A DNA stretch of 32,000 nucleotides from a cyanobacterium endosymbiont of Braarudosphaera bigelowii (GTDB lineage: Bacteria > Cyanobacteriota > Cyanobacteriia > Cyanobacteriales > Microcystaceae), in contig NZ_AP024987.1 of the NCBI RefSeq assembly GCF_020885515.1, positions 1,110,001 to 1,142,000 on the forward strand, given 5' to 3'. Within the stretch, counting starts at the first letter, position 1, and each line of letters begins with the position of its first letter. Below are positions 1 through 10,155 of the stretch, piece by piece. A model generated the notes under the pieces. It had not been told where the DNA came from. It was given only the letters and a program-made list of their open reading frames with translations, and did not search any database. The position numbers were made by a program, and so were the translations under genes.

Positions 1-488
1 ATAAAGATTTAGAAAATCTCTTTGATTTATTATTTGATGTGATTAAAACTATTCGTAATTTACGTGCTGAATTAGATATCAAACCTAAAACAAAAACCTT
101 TGTTATATTACAGAGCGAAAGTAATACAACACAAGATACTTTGAGAATAGGTCAAAAATATATTCAAGATTTAGGGAAGACAAGTAATATAACTATTGTT
201 TCTAAAGTAGAAGCAAAAACAGAGCAAGTATTTACTGGAGTAATAAGAAATATACAGGTTTTAATCCCATTATCAGGAGTAGTTGATATTGTCCTTCTTC
301 GTCAAAAATTAGAAAAAAACTTAAATAAGATAGAAAACGAAGCCAATATCCTAACACAGCGCTTAGATAATTCTAAATTTATTCTAAAAGCTCCTAAGGA
401 AGTAGTTCAAGGAGCAAGAGATGCCCTTGAAGAAGCCAAGCAACAGACCTTTATTTTACGAGAACGTCTTCAACACTTGCATGAGTAG
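1..488 (+). CDS. valS: Valine--tRNA ligase, C-terminal fragment (gene starts before the window)
   Basis: Frame 3 is open from base 3 (KDLENLFDLLFDVIKTIRNLRAELDIKPK...), matching the ValS anticodon-binding/coiled-coil end (TIRNLRAE..IKP; LEKNLNKIENEANILTQRLDNSKFILKAPKEVV). The GTG at 39 is internal, not the real start. Confidence 0.93.
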   Translation, partial: KDLENLFDLLFDVIKTIRNLRAELDIKPKTKTFVILQSESNTTQDTLRIGQKYIQDLGKTSNITIVSKVEAKTEQVFTGVIRNIQVLIPLSGVVDIVLLRQKLEKNLNKIENEANILTQRLDNSKFILKAPKEVVQGARDALEEAKQQTFILRERLQHLHE

Positions 489-531
489 TTTGTTATCAAT
501 AATCAATTTATTGATTATTGATAACAAACTA
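486..531. repeat. Perfect 22-bp inverted repeat with 2-nt spacer, starting at the valS stop codon
   Basis: TAGTTTGTTATCAATAATCAAT-TT-ATTGATTATTGATAACAAACTA, checked base by base. Confidence 0.95.
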
Positions 532-701
532 TATATAAAATCTTACTTGTAAATTATTTTATCGATAAACTGATGTAATATTTTTTGATGCTAGATTAGA
601 AAATAAAACAGAATGTAAAAATAATAATTACTATTTGACGTGATTCTAAAAAATATATTATGAATAGTAAATTCTAATACATCTATACAATAAAAGAGTT
701 A

Positions 702-1244
702 ATGAAAATTGATAGGAATCAAAAATTAAAAACGTTATCAGGGCAAATGATAAGGCCTACTTCTTCAAAAGTAAAAGAAGCGTTATTTAATATTTGGCAA
801 GGTAAAATCACAGGATCTTGTTTACTAGATTTATGTGCAGGAAATGGAACAATAGGTTATGAAGCTCTTTGTAGAGGTGCGACCCTAGTGGTCGGAATTG
901 AAAAATACGGAAAAGCTTGTGCAATTATTAATACAAATTGGCTAAAACTTTCGAATTCTGAGCAAGATTTTAAGGTAATAAAGGGTGATGCTTTAAAAAG
1001 TCTGAACAATTTAAAGGAACAACAATTTAATTTTATTTACTTTGATCCTCCTTATAGGAGCAACTTATATCAACCTGTTCTTGAATTAATTGCAAGAACA
1101 AATATCTTAGCTAAAGATGGAGAAGTTGCTGTAGAACACGATCCAAGACTATGGAAAGCAAAAGAAATAAAAAGATTAAAAATTATAAAGGAGAAGCATT
1201 ATGGAAACACTAATTTAACTTTTTATCAGTCAAGTTTAGATTGA
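702..1244 (+). CDS. rsmD: 16S rRNA (guanine(966)-N(2))-methyltransferase RsmD
   Basis: N-terminal RPTSSKVKEALFNI, SAM motif LLDLCAGNGTIGYEALCRGA, catalytic FDPPY motif. Confidence 0.92.
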   Translation: MKIDRNQKLKTLSGQMIRPTSSKVKEALFNIWQGKITGSCLLDLCAGNGTIGYEALCRGATLVVGIEKYGKACAIINTNWLKLSNSEQDFKVIKGDALKSLNNLKEQQFNFIYFDPPYRSNLYQPVLELIARTNILAKDGEVAVEHDPRLWKAKEIKRLKIIKEKHYGNTNLTFYQSSLD

Positions 1245-1666
1245 AAAGAGCAAAGTTTTGATTTAGTCTAAATTTTATTTAATAATATAAATGATATATT
1301 CAAGAAGTGAAATATAAATAAATTATTGTTTCAAAAATTCTAATCTACAAAGGGTTATAAGAAAATTTAGGAAACACTTTGTTCTTGTATTCTAATTAAT
1401 GGGAAACAGAAAAATGATAAAAATAAATGATTAAGAACTAGAGTAATAGTACTGTTTAAGTACATATTTATTGTAGATCTATATAAACTCAATCTAGATA
1501 AGATAAGTTAGTTCGTTTTGACCGAAATACTTTATATCTTGACTTATATAAGCTAATTATTGCAGTAATTAGTAAAATCTTTTTTCTTACACATCAATAA
1601 AAGAATTTTTGATTAAAAATTAAAAATGAAAATAAACTAAAAGAATACACAATAGACAAGAATAAA

Positions 1667-2203
1667 ATGAGAACAAATATTCTTTCAGCTGAAAAAATAA
1701 GACAAGTATTAACTCGTTTAGCCTCTCAAGTAATTGAAAAATCGGGAAACTTATCCGATATTGTACTGTTGGGAGTTCATACTAGAGGAGTCCCTCTAGC
1801 TTTTATGTTGGCTCAGCAAATAGAAATATTGGAAGATTTTAAGGTTCCTGTTGGTTCTATAGATATTACTTTTTATAGAGACGATTTAGATAGAATCAGA
1901 ACGAGAACTCCGGCTAAGGCTATGTTTTCTTTCGATATAACCGGAAAGACTGTAATTTTAGTTGATGATGTTATCTATAAAGGAAGAACAATTCGTGCTG
2001 CTCTTAATGCTATTAATGAATATGGAAGACCTGAAATAATTCGCTTATTAGTGTTAATAGATAGAGGTCATCGGGAACTACCGATTCATCCTGACTTTAT
2101 AGGAAAGAAATTACCCACATCATCTAAAGAACAAGTAAAAGTTTATTTTCAAGAAACAGATGGGAGGGATGCAGTAGAGTTAATAAAAAATAATTATTCA
2201 TGA
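1667..2203 (+). CDS. pyrR: Bifunctional pyr operon regulator / uracil phosphoribosyltransferase PyrR
   Basis: PRPP-binding motif [28 protein letters not shown] and [10 protein letters not shown] typical of PyrR. Confidence 0.93.
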   Translation: MRTNILSAEKIRQVLTRLASQVIEKSGNLSDIVLLGVHTRGVPLAFMLAQQIEILEDFKVPVGSIDITFYRDDLDRIRTRTPAKAMFSFDITGKTVILVDDVIYKGRTIRAALNAINEYGRPEIIRLLVLIDRGHRELPIHPDFIGKKLPTSSKEQVKVYFQETDGRDAVELIKNNYS

Positions 2204-3084
2204 ATAAGCGACAAAGAAAGACTCTAAGCATAGTAAGTATTGTCAAGACTATTGTATATAGATATCATTTTTACAATGAAATCTTTGTAAAATTAAAAGA
2301 AGCATATAAAAAAATCATATCTTTCTACTTAAATTTTCTACACCGTAATCAGCAAACTATCTTTAGTAGAATATTACGCTTTCGTGGAATTAGTGCATTA
2401 GCTTTAAGTGTAAAAACTGATTATTTATTTACTTCAAAACAAACTAAGATTAATTTTTATACTTTCCCAGGTGAGATATGTTTAAAAATATCTACTAAGG
2501 CAAACTCTATAGAAAAAGCATCTACTGTTGTTCAGCCAACTATTACAGAAATACGTAAAATTACCCAATTAAATTACTATGGTCACAATCATGATACTTT
2601 GATCAAAATTGTTGCAAAATTGCTGAGAGAAAACCAAAATACAGTCTCTGTTGCAGAATCTTGTACAGGAGGAGGCTTAGGGGCAATATTTAGTTCTTTC
2701 CCTGGCAGCTCAAATTATTTTCTTGGAGGTATTATTGTATATAGTAATCAAGCAAAAATATCTTTATTGGAAGTCTCAGAAAAAACTTTAAGTATTCATG
2801 GAGCAGTAAGTTCTAATACTGCAAAACAAATGGCTTTAGGTGTTAAAAAGAAACTAGGAACCTCTTGGGGATTGAGCATTACTGGAATTGCTGGGCCAGG
2901 AGGAGGAACACAAATGAAACCTGTTGGTCTAGTCTATATTGGTATTGCCGATCCTGAAAATAAAGTTAGTAGTACAAGATGTTTCTTTGGATCTTGTAAA
3001 AGAGATATAATTCGCTCTTTAAGCGAATATAGCGCGCTAGATCAGTTGAGAAGAAGCTTGTTAACAAAGTTGAATATGTGTTAA
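2200..3084 (+). CDS. cinA: CinA-like protein: C-terminal amidohydrolase domain with part of the middle domain; N-terminal MoCF domain missing
   Basis: [36 protein letters not shown]...[23 protein letters not shown] is diagnostic of CinA-C. Upstream [15 protein letters not shown]...ISTKA matches the middle region, but about 160 residues expected before it are absent. ATGA overlap with pyrR. Confidence 0.85.
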   Translation: MNKRQRKTLSIVSIVKTIVYRYHFYNEIFVKLKEAYKKIISFYLNFLHRNQQTIFSRILRFRGISALALSVKTDYLFTSKQTKINFYTFPGEICLKISTKANSIEKASTVVQPTITEIRKITQLNYYGHNHDTLIKIVAKLLRENQNTVSVAESCTGGGLGAIFSSFPGSSNYFLGGIIVYSNQAKISLLEVSEKTLSIHGAVSSNTAKQMALGVKKKLGTSWGLSITGIAGPGGGTQMKPVGLVYIGIADPENKVSSTRCFFGSCKRDIIRSLSEYSALDQLRRSLLTKLNMC

Positions 3085-3191
3085 TAGATAATATCTTTTC
3101 TAATTCATTTATAAAATTTCAATTATTTGATGGATGTGAAACATATAGTTATTATAAAATATCTAAGTTCACTATATAAATAGAAATTCAA

Positions 3192-3265
3192 TGGACATAA
3201 CTGGATTCGAACCAGTGACCCCATCGATGTCAACGATGTACTCTAACCAACTGAGCTATACGTCC
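3192..3265 (-). tRNA. tRNA-Val (anticodon GAC)
   Basis: Minus strand GGACGTA TA GCTC AGTTGGTTA GAGT A CATCG TTGACAT CGATG GGGTC ACTGG TTCGAAT CCAGT TATGTCC A. All four arms pair (one G-U in the acceptor), the anticodon loop is TTGACAT, and CCA is not encoded. Confidence 0.95.
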
Positions 3266-3721
3266 TTATTAACTTAATATAACATAATATCCTGCAATAA
3301 TCATCCGTAAGATAAGCTATGATTTATTTTTTGATAAATACATCAAGAGCCACTATTTGAAAAAAATAAGATAAAAAGACTATATTACTTTCAGAAATAA
3401 TTTTCTACAGATTCCTGAAAAACTTAGATTTTATTTTTTATAAATTTTGTACACATACAAATTAATGTTGGGAAAACACTATGAATCGGGATCAAAAATA
3501 TTTCTTATAATTAGTGTATTTAAACATTTATAAAATAAAGTATTGAAGTACATTTGATAAATAGTAAAATACAGAATTTCTTGTGAAAAATATTGAGTAA
3601 AAAATGTAAACCATGAAACCTAGATAAATTTATCATGCTTCTTTAATTAAATCATTAAAAAATTTTACTAACCTTTATGTAGGTAAAAACTTCTAGGCCA
3701 TAAGTCTAAATACTTAAAATT

Positions 3722-4351
3722 ATGGAAAAATCAATTCAACTTAATAAGAATGACTTAATAACCTATCCTATAGCTGAAATCTTTCATTCTATCCAAGGTG
3801 AAGGTGCTTGGACGGGAGTGAGTGCATTTTTTATTCGTTTAGCTGGATGTAATGTTGGCTGTCCATGGTGTGATCAAAAAGAATCATGGAAACATAAAAC
3901 ATTCCCAAAATATTCGTCTAAAACTTTAGCTATAGAAGCTCACAAAGCTAATGCAAGTATTATAGTTATTACTGGAGGAGAACCTTTGATGTACAATTTG
4001 TTCCCCTTAACTAATGCCTTACAAAATTTAGGAATGCAAGTCCATTTAGAAACTTCTGGTTCTTATCCTTTTAGTGGTAACTTTGATTGGATAACACTTT
4101 CGCCTAAACCTTTTAAAATTCCACATGAAAGTATATATGATAAAGCAAGCGAGTTAAAAGTTATCGTAGCTAATCAAAAAGATTTTGATTGGGCGGAAGA
4201 ACAAAAAAATAAAACTAATTCTCAATCAATTAACTTTCTACAACCTGAATGGAATAGTGATATAAGTAGTTCTTTAATTTATAACTACATTCGTAAACAT
4301 CCCGAATGGCGTATAAGCTTACAAACTCATAAGTTTTTAGGTATTAGATGA
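3722..4351 (+). CDS. queE: 7-carboxy-7-deazaguanine synthase (radical SAM)
   Basis: EIFHSIQGEGAWTG, radical SAM Cx3Cx2C in AGCNVGCPWCDQKESW, VITGGEPLMY, HLETSGS. Confidence 0.93.
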   Translation: MEKSIQLNKNDLITYPIAEIFHSIQGEGAWTGVSAFFIRLAGCNVGCPWCDQKESWKHKTFPKYSSKTLAIEAHKANASIIVITGGEPLMYNLFPLTNALQNLGMQVHLETSGSYPFSGNFDWITLSPKPFKIPHESIYDKASELKVIVANQKDFDWAEEQKNKTNSQSINFLQPEWNSDISSSLIYNYIRKHPEWRISLQTHKFLGIR

Positions 4352-4400
4352 ACAAAAATTACTATATTCTTTTATAAGTCATGAAAGAATATAGTTTTGT
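4352..4400 (+). terminator. Hairpin directly after the queE stop
   Basis: ACAAAA(atta)CTATATTCTTT / AAAGAATATAGTTTTGT: 11 + 6 bp stem with a 4-nt bulge and a loop of about 11 nt; right arm contains TTTTGT. Confidence 0.5.
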
Positions 4401-4581
4401 CTTGATTCGAAAAAATACTTGTATGTACTTAACCTATTTCACGGCTATAAAATTTGAAGGGCAATGATTTTGAAGATATTTAATGTCAAATTCACATTAT
4501 TGAAAATATAGTTATAGAAAGTAAGTTAGTGACATAACTTGTTTTTTAAAAAATTTTCTGTTAGCATATTAAAAAACGAAA

Positions 4582-4669
4582 GGGGCAGACCAGCATCCCA
4601 AATACCAATTTTAGCCACAAGGCTACACCGAAGGACTTGCTTAGTTTTCGCCCCATGGTAGATGAGGGG
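4582..4669 (+). promoter_or_regulatory. Candidate structured RNA leader upstream of rimO
   Basis: GC-rich island in an AT-rich spacer. GGGGC (4582-4586) can pair with GCCCC (4650-4654), TAGCC/GGCTA (4612-4616/4621-4625) forms an inner hairpin, and CCCC (4651-4654) can instead pair with GGGG (4666-4669). No known family recognised. Confidence 0.35.
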
Positions 4670-4684
4670 TAAAACCAAATATAC

Positions 4685-6004
4685 ATGGTCAAAAAACCAG
4701 CTATTGCAATTTCACATCTCGGTTGTGAGAAAAATCGAATAGATTCAGAGCATATCTTAGGACTATTAGCAACAGAAGGATATTCTGTTAGTTCAAGTGA
4801 ACACCTTGCTGATTATGTTGTTGTAAATACTTGTAGTTTCATCCAACAAGCTAGGGAAGAATCAGTTCGTACCCTAGTAGAGTTAGCCGAAAATAATAAA
4901 AAAATTATTGTTGCTGGCTGTATGGCTCAACATTTTCAAAATCAATTACTTGAAGAATTACCTGAAGTTGTAGCAATCGTTGGAACAGGAAATTATCAAG
5001 ACATTGTTAAAACTGTTCAACGTGTTGAGTTGGGTGAAAGAGTAATAGATATATCTCAAAAACCTACTTTTATTGCTGACGAAACTATTCCACGCTATCG
5101 AACTACTAATGAAGGAGTAGCTTATTTAAGAATAGCAGAAGGATGTGACTATCGCTGTACCTTCTGTATCATTCCCCATTTGCGAGGCAATCAAAGATCT
5201 CGCACTATCGAATCTATTGTCGCAGAAGCCCGACAACTAGCTGATCAAGGTGTACAAGAGATTATTCTTGTTTCGCAAATTACTACAAATTATGGTCTAG
5301 ATCTTTACGGGAAAGCTCAGTTAGCCGAGCTTTTGCAAGCGCTAGGAAAAGTTAATATTCCTTGGATACGTGTTCACTATGCATATCCTACCGGATTAAC
5401 AACAGAAGTTCTTCAGGCTGTTAAAGAAGTACCAAATGTCATTCCTTATTTAGATCTACCATTACAGCATTCTCATCCTAATATTCTAAAAGCTATGAAT
5501 CGGCCTTGGAAGGGAACAGTAAATGATGAAATCATTGAAGTTATAAAAACATCTATTCCAAATGTTGTTTTACGCACAACTTTCATTGTTGGCTTTCCTG
5601 GTGAAACAGATGAATACTTCGAACATTTAGTAAAATTCATTAAAAGGCATCAATTCGATCATGTAGGAGTTTTTGTATTTTCTCCAGAGGAAGAAACTCC
5701 TTCCTATAGAATGCTTAATCAAGTTCCATTGGAAATAGCTCAAGAAAGGCGAGATTACTTAATGGAAATACAGCAGCCTATTTCTAGTAAGAAAAATAAA
5801 CAGTATATTGACACGATAATAGAAGTATTGATTGAACAAGAGAATCCAAAAACTCATCAATATATAGGTCGTTCAATTAAATTTTCTCCTGACGTAGATG
5901 GAGTTGTTTTTGTTAAAGGAGAGGCTCAATTAAATTCAATTATTCCAGTTAAAATTACCAAAGCTGATGCTTATGATCTCTATGGAAAAGTTGTTGACAC
6001 TTAA
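4685..6004 (+). CDS. rimO: Ribosomal protein S12 methylthiotransferase RimO
   Basis: [25 protein letters not shown], radical [37 protein letters not shown] and a C-terminal TRAM-like region. Confidence 0.95.
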   Translation: MVKKPAIAISHLGCEKNRIDSEHILGLLATEGYSVSSSEHLADYVVVNTCSFIQQAREESVRTLVELAENNKKIIVAGCMAQHFQNQLLEELPEVVAIVGTGNYQDIVKTVQRVELGERVIDISQKPTFIADETIPRYRTTNEGVAYLRIAEGCDYRCTFCIIPHLRGNQRSRTIESIVAEARQLADQGVQEIILVSQITTNYGLDLYGKAQLAELLQALGKVNIPWIRVHYAYPTGLTTEVLQAVKEVPNVIPYLDLPLQHSHPNILKAMNRPWKGTVNDEIIEVIKTSIPNVVLRTTFIVGFPGETDEYFEHLVKFIKRHQFDHVGVFVFSPEEETPSYRMLNQVPLEIAQERRDYLMEIQQPISSKKNKQYIDTIIEVLIEQENPKTHQYIGRSIKFSPDVDGVVFVKGEAQLNSIIPVKITKADAYDLYGKVVDT

Positions 6005-6158
6005 ATATTTATTTGCATATGCATTAAGGTGGAAACAAAAAATAACTTAGTAATAGCATTAATTAAAACAATAAGTAATTTAAAAACTATTATTAAAATC
6101 TTCACTATACCTTGTTAAATTTTCAACTTACAGTAAACCTATTAACTATAACGATCTT

Positions 6159-7592
6159 ATGACTATTTCTTTCGAGAACTTAGGACTATCCGAAATTCGC
6201 GTCAATAAATTAAAAGAGCTCGGATTTGAAAACCCTACTGAGATTCAGGAAAAAGCAATTCCTTTGATGCTAGAAGGACATGACGTACTAGGACAATCAC
6301 AAACAGGGACGGGAAAAACTGCAGCCTATTCTTTGCCTATTCTTGAACAAGTTGATATACAAAATCCTAACGTTCAAGTCTTAATCTTGACTCCTACTCG
6401 TGAACTTGCTCAGCAAGTCGCAGAAGCTTTAAAAGAATTTGCAGTAGAACGACGTTTATATATATTAACTGTTTATGGTGGCCAGTCCATAGATAGACAG
6501 ATTAGAAGCCTAGAACGAGGGGTCCAAATTGTAGTAGGAACTCCAGGGAGAGTTATTGACCTCTTAGAACGGAAAAAGCTAATTTTAGACTCTTTATCCT
6601 GGGCCGTTCTTGATGAAGCCGACGAGATGCTTAGTATGGGTTTTATTGATGACGTAAAAACTATCTTAAAAAAGACGCCTGAGCAACGTAATACTGCCTG
6701 TTTTTCTGCTACGATGCCAAGAGAAATAAGAGAACTTGTTAATCAATTTCTAAAATCTCCAGTAACTATATCTGTTGAAAAAACTCAGGCTGCTCCTACG
6801 CGAATAGAGCAAAATATATATATGGTTCCTAGAGGCTGGTCAAAGCGAAAAGCATTGCAACCGGTTTTAGAAATAGAAGATCCCGAATCAGCTATTATTT
6901 TTGTTCGTACTAAACAAACAGCTTCAGATTTAACTACAAGATTGCAAGAAATCGGTCATTGTGTAGATGAGTATCATGGTAACCTTAGTCAATCTCAGAG
7001 AGAAAGATTAGTTCATCGCTTTAGAGATGGTAGGATAAAATTAGTTGTAGCTACGGATATCGCAGCCAGGGGTTTAGATGTAGAGGGTTTGAGCCATGTT
7101 ATTAACTATGATTTACCAGATAATAGTGAAACCTACATTCATAGAATCGGCCGTACTGGAAGAGCTGGTAAAACCGGAAAAGCAATTTCTATCGTGGAAT
7201 CTATTGATCGTCGAATGATTCGGCAAATTGAACGAAAACTTCGTCAAAAAATAGATATTTGCAAAATACCTAGTCGTTCAGAAGTTGAAGCAAAGAGACT
7301 AGAAAAATTACAAAATTTGATTAAAGAATCATTAGTAGGGGAAAGGATGGCTTCTTTTTTACCCTTAGTAAGTGATTTGAGCACAGAGTATGACCCTCAA
7401 GCAATTGCCGCTGCAGCTTTACAAATGATTTATGATCAAGACTGTCCTGATTGGATGAAAACTGATTGGGAAGTTCCTGAAGCAACTACACCGAAACCAG
7501 TTGTCAATCGCAAATCTAATAAATATAGCTCCAAGAATAGTAAGAATAATCGTAGCATTAGTAAAAGCATTCGCAAAACAGTAAGTCATTAA
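6159..7592 (+). CDS. DEAD-box ATP-dependent RNA helicase (CrhR/DeaD-like)
   Basis: Q motif FENPTEIQEKAIP, SQTGTGKT, PTRELAQQ, VLDEADEML, FSATMP, HRIGRTGRAG; basic Ser/Asn/Lys-rich C-terminal tail. Confidence 0.95.
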   Translation: MTISFENLGLSEIRVNKLKELGFENPTEIQEKAIPLMLEGHDVLGQSQTGTGKTAAYSLPILEQVDIQNPNVQVLILTPTRELAQQVAEALKEFAVERRLYILTVYGGQSIDRQIRSLERGVQIVVGTPGRVIDLLERKKLILDSLSWAVLDEADEMLSMGFIDDVKTILKKTPEQRNTACFSATMPREIRELVNQFLKSPVTISVEKTQAAPTRIEQNIYMVPRGWSKRKALQPVLEIEDPESAIIFVRTKQTASDLTTRLQEIGHCVDEYHGNLSQSQRERLVHRFRDGRIKLVVATDIAARGLDVEGLSHVINYDLPDNSETYIHRIGRTGRAGKTGKAISIVESIDRRMIRQIERKLRQKIDICKIPSRSEVEAKRLEKLQNLIKESLVGERMASFLPLVSDLSTEYDPQAIAAAALQMIYDQDCPDWMKTDWEVPEATTPKPVVNRKSNKYSSKNSKNNRSISKSIRKTVSH

Positions 7593-7601
7593 ACATAGCG
7601 C

Positions 7602-7634
7602 TTGGTATTCATATTTATATAATATGAATGCCAA
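7602..7634. terminator. Hairpin between convergent helicase and pmbA-like genes
   Basis: TTGGTATTCATATT-TATAT-AATATGAATGCCAA: 14-bp stem with one U-G pair on the plus strand. Confidence 0.5.
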
Positions 7635-7696
7635 CTATTTATTTATTTCCTATACCAGAACTATATCTCCAATATGGGAAAATCTATTTTTTTAAA

Positions 7697-8980
7697 TTAA
7701 TTAATTACCGAAAGGCCTTCTGCTAACAAAGATGGGGCATAAGTTGAATTTACCCAACGTGAATCATTAGCTATACCAATAATATTTTCTAAAATTTTAT
7801 AAACGTTACCTGTTACCATAGTGTCTTTTATTCTCCCATTTATCGAGCCATCCTGAATAGAGTATCCTGAGTCTATATTGACAGAGAAATCCCCAGATAT
7901 ATCAATTTTTTCTCCTAGGACTAAGTCTACTATAATACCGTAATCTAACTTCTTGATTAAATCCTTAAAATTTTCTTTTCCAGGCTCTACTATTAGATTA
8001 ATTAATACAGGTGTTGGGTAACTTTTCAAATTAGGGCGAAAACCATTGCCAGTGCTTTTTATTCCTAATCTTTTTGCACTAGTAAGATTACTATAAAATT
8101 GTTGTAAATCTCCTTTTTTGATTAAAGATAATTCCTGTGTAACAGTTCCTTCGTCATCAAAAGGAATAGTGTAAGGTTTATATCGTGGATTTTGGGATAT
8201 AGTCAGAGAGTTTGACATAACCTGTTTTTGTAGCTTGTTACTCCAAGGAGAAGTTTTTTCTAAAACAAACTTACTATTGAGAGCCTCAGATACTGTATTC
8301 CAAAGCATAGCAGCTCCATTAGGAGTAAATAGAACTGGTATATAACCTTTCGGAGCCGAAGTAGTTTTTTTCGCCCATTCTAAACGTTCTAAAATATTTT
8401 TTGCTATTTGTTGAGTCTCAATTTTTCCTTGGGTTAGTTTAGTATCATGGACACTCAAAAAATCTTTTCCGTTTGAACATTCTAATTCTAGATAATAATT
8501 AACTAACGATTTACTATATTCACAATGAAGTCCCACAGAGTTTACTAAGCATGTAAACTGTTCTGAATAAATAAACTCTCCACTACAAATAGCTTCTATA
8601 TAGATGTCTCTTAATTGACGGATTGTATCTTCTCCTGAGGCAATCAGTTGCTCAGTAGGTATAAATTCTCCCTGATGAGGTTGAAGATTTATATGTGAGT
8701 GATTAGGTTTAATAATTTCAGTATTATTTAAAGTTGACAAAATAATCGCTTGATCAACTAACTTATCACTATCAAAATCTCCATAAGCAACAGCCAATCC
8801 TGATGAACCTTCTTTCCATAAGCGTAAAGCTATTCCTTCTGATTGAGAATTTTCTAATCTTTTTAGATTGTTAGTCTCAAATATAGCAGAATCAGATTTA
8901 AGCTTAGACTGATAAACTTCTGCATGAGAAGCTCCTTTGCGCAGAGCTGAATCTATTAATTTTTGCAGTTCAATATCCAT
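7697..8980 (-). CDS. pmbA: TldD/PmbA family protein
   Basis: RKGASHAEVYQSK start, FTPNGAAMLWNTVSEAL, RLGIKSTGNGFRP, ISGDFSVNIDSGYSIQDGSINGRIKDTMVTGNVYKIL match the PmbA/TldE-like C-terminal core. Confidence 0.85.
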   Translation of the reverse strand: MDIELQKLIDSALRKGASHAEVYQSKLKSDSAIFETNNLKRLENSQSEGIALRLWKEGSSGLAVAYGDFDSDKLVDQAIILSTLNNTEIIKPNHSHINLQPHQGEFIPTEQLIASGEDTIRQLRDIYIEAICSGEFIYSEQFTCLVNSVGLHCEYSKSLVNYYLELECSNGKDFLSVHDTKLTQGKIETQQIAKNILERLEWAKKTTSAPKGYIPVLFTPNGAAMLWNTVSEALNSKFVLEKTSPWSNKLQKQVMSNSLTISQNPRYKPYTIPFDDEGTVTQELSLIKKGDLQQFYSNLTSAKRLGIKSTGNGFRPNLKSYPTPVLINLIVEPGKENFKDLIKKLDYGIIVDLVLGEKIDISGDFSVNIDSGYSIQDGSINGRIKDTMVTGNVYKILENIIGIANDSRWVNSTYAPSLLAEGLSVIN

Positions 8981-9106
8981 AACTTTAATATGATAGAATC
9001 TTAGGTGTATGAAACTGAATCTAAATGAATATTTATCAGTAGACTATTATTAAGTTACAAAATAAAGTTATTAAGTAATCTTGGAAAATTAACATTTGGA
9101 GACTTT

Positions 9107-9295
9107 ATGGTTAGTAAATCTACATTCAATAAACAGGATACATCAAAAGATCAAAATGTCGAGCCAGATATTAGTTATGTTAAACTAGCTATGCGTAATA
9201 TGGTTCGCAAAAAGGTTACTTCCATTAAACATTTTCTCGTAACTACTATAGGACTACTAGCTTTTTTAATTGGTCTTGCCTATTTGACACGCTAA
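9107..9295 (+). CDS. Small cyanobacterial membrane protein (DUF3285-like)
   Basis: YVKLAMRNMVRKKVTSIKHFLVTTIGLLAFLIGLAYLTR: single C-terminal transmembrane helix, resembles a conserved cyanobacterial small protein family from memory. Confidence 0.65.
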   Translation: MVSKSTFNKQDTSKDQNVEPDISYVKLAMRNMVRKKVTSIKHFLVTTIGLLAFLIGLAYLTR

Positions 9296-9504
9296 TACCT
9301 TGGTTTAAACTCACTTACAAGCTAATTAATTTTACAAGTACTGTATCTAAAACAACAGAAAATCATTATATCTTTTTCTAAAACAAGAAACTTTGTTAAT
9401 CATTATTGGTCTTTAGTAAAAGTCTCAACTTAGAATATATACGAAGTCAATAGGCTTTATAAAAAATAAGTTACTCCTTATAAAAATTAGTAAAGTTAAA
9501 GATT

Positions 9505-10014
9505 ATGAAAGCCGATTTTAAAATGAACCACTTTTCTTCTACTAGATTATTTCCAGATGCTACTAATCTAAGGCCAAATCATATTTCACAATTAGTTAAA
9601 GAAAAATACCCTTCAGAAATTAGAAGGAAATCGGCTTGGCATATTTCTCCCAATATATTTTTAAGCTTTCAATATGCCTGGACAGGTATCTGCTATACTT
9701 TTGCTACACAGCGTAATTTCCGCATCCATACTGCTATGACATTCATTGCGATTGGTATCTCTGGATTTTTAAAAGTCAATTCAGTTAGTATGGCTATTAT
9801 TACTCTTACTTGTGCATTGGTGCTAATTCTAGAACTACTTAATACAGCTCTGGAATCAATTGTTGATTTGACTGTTGGTCAATCATATCACGAACTAGCA
9901 AAAGTTGCTAAGGATTGTGCTGCAGGTTCTGTTTTGATCTCGGCTTTTGCAGCTTTATTAGTTGCGTTTTTCATTATTATTCCACCCATTATAGACACAA
10001 ATTTTAACTCATAA
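9505..10014 (+). CDS. dgkA: Diacylglycerol/undecaprenol kinase family protein
   Basis: SFQYAWTGICYTFATQRNFRIHT...LELLNTALESIVDLTVGQSYHELAKVAKDCAAGSVL carries the DgkA ExxNTAxE...D..KD.AAGAV motif. Confidence 0.9.
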   Translation: MKADFKMNHFSSTRLFPDATNLRPNHISQLVKEKYPSEIRRKSAWHISPNIFLSFQYAWTGICYTFATQRNFRIHTAMTFIAIGISGFLKVNSVSMAIITLTCALVLILELLNTALESIVDLTVGQSYHELAKVAKDCAAGSVLISAFAALLVAFFIIIPPIIDTNFNS

Positions 10015-10155
10015 TATTAGCAAATTAATTCTGTTTCTAAAGTCAAAATAATATAATATTTTTTTACCATCTAATTTTGCATTACCAACAATTAAAATCT
10101 AATTTAAGTTTAAGTATTTAAAGAGTTCACAAATATATTTTATCTTTTAATATCT

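Noticed and set aside
39-41. GTG as start of a 149-aa protein
   Set aside because: The frame is open to the window edge and matches ValS upstream of it, so this is a truncated gene, not a separate small protein.
4582-4669. Glutamine riboswitch, SRP RNA or tmRNA interpretation of the rimO leader
   Set aside because: CCGAAGG superficially resembles the 3' part of the glnA motif, but the invariant GGACGGAAGUAGG element is absent; the SRP GGAAGGAAGCAGC apical loop and the tmRNA T-arm are also absent.
7419-7634. 71-aa minus-strand ORF
   Set aside because: Antisense to the helicase 3' end and running into a hairpin; no recognisable protein features.
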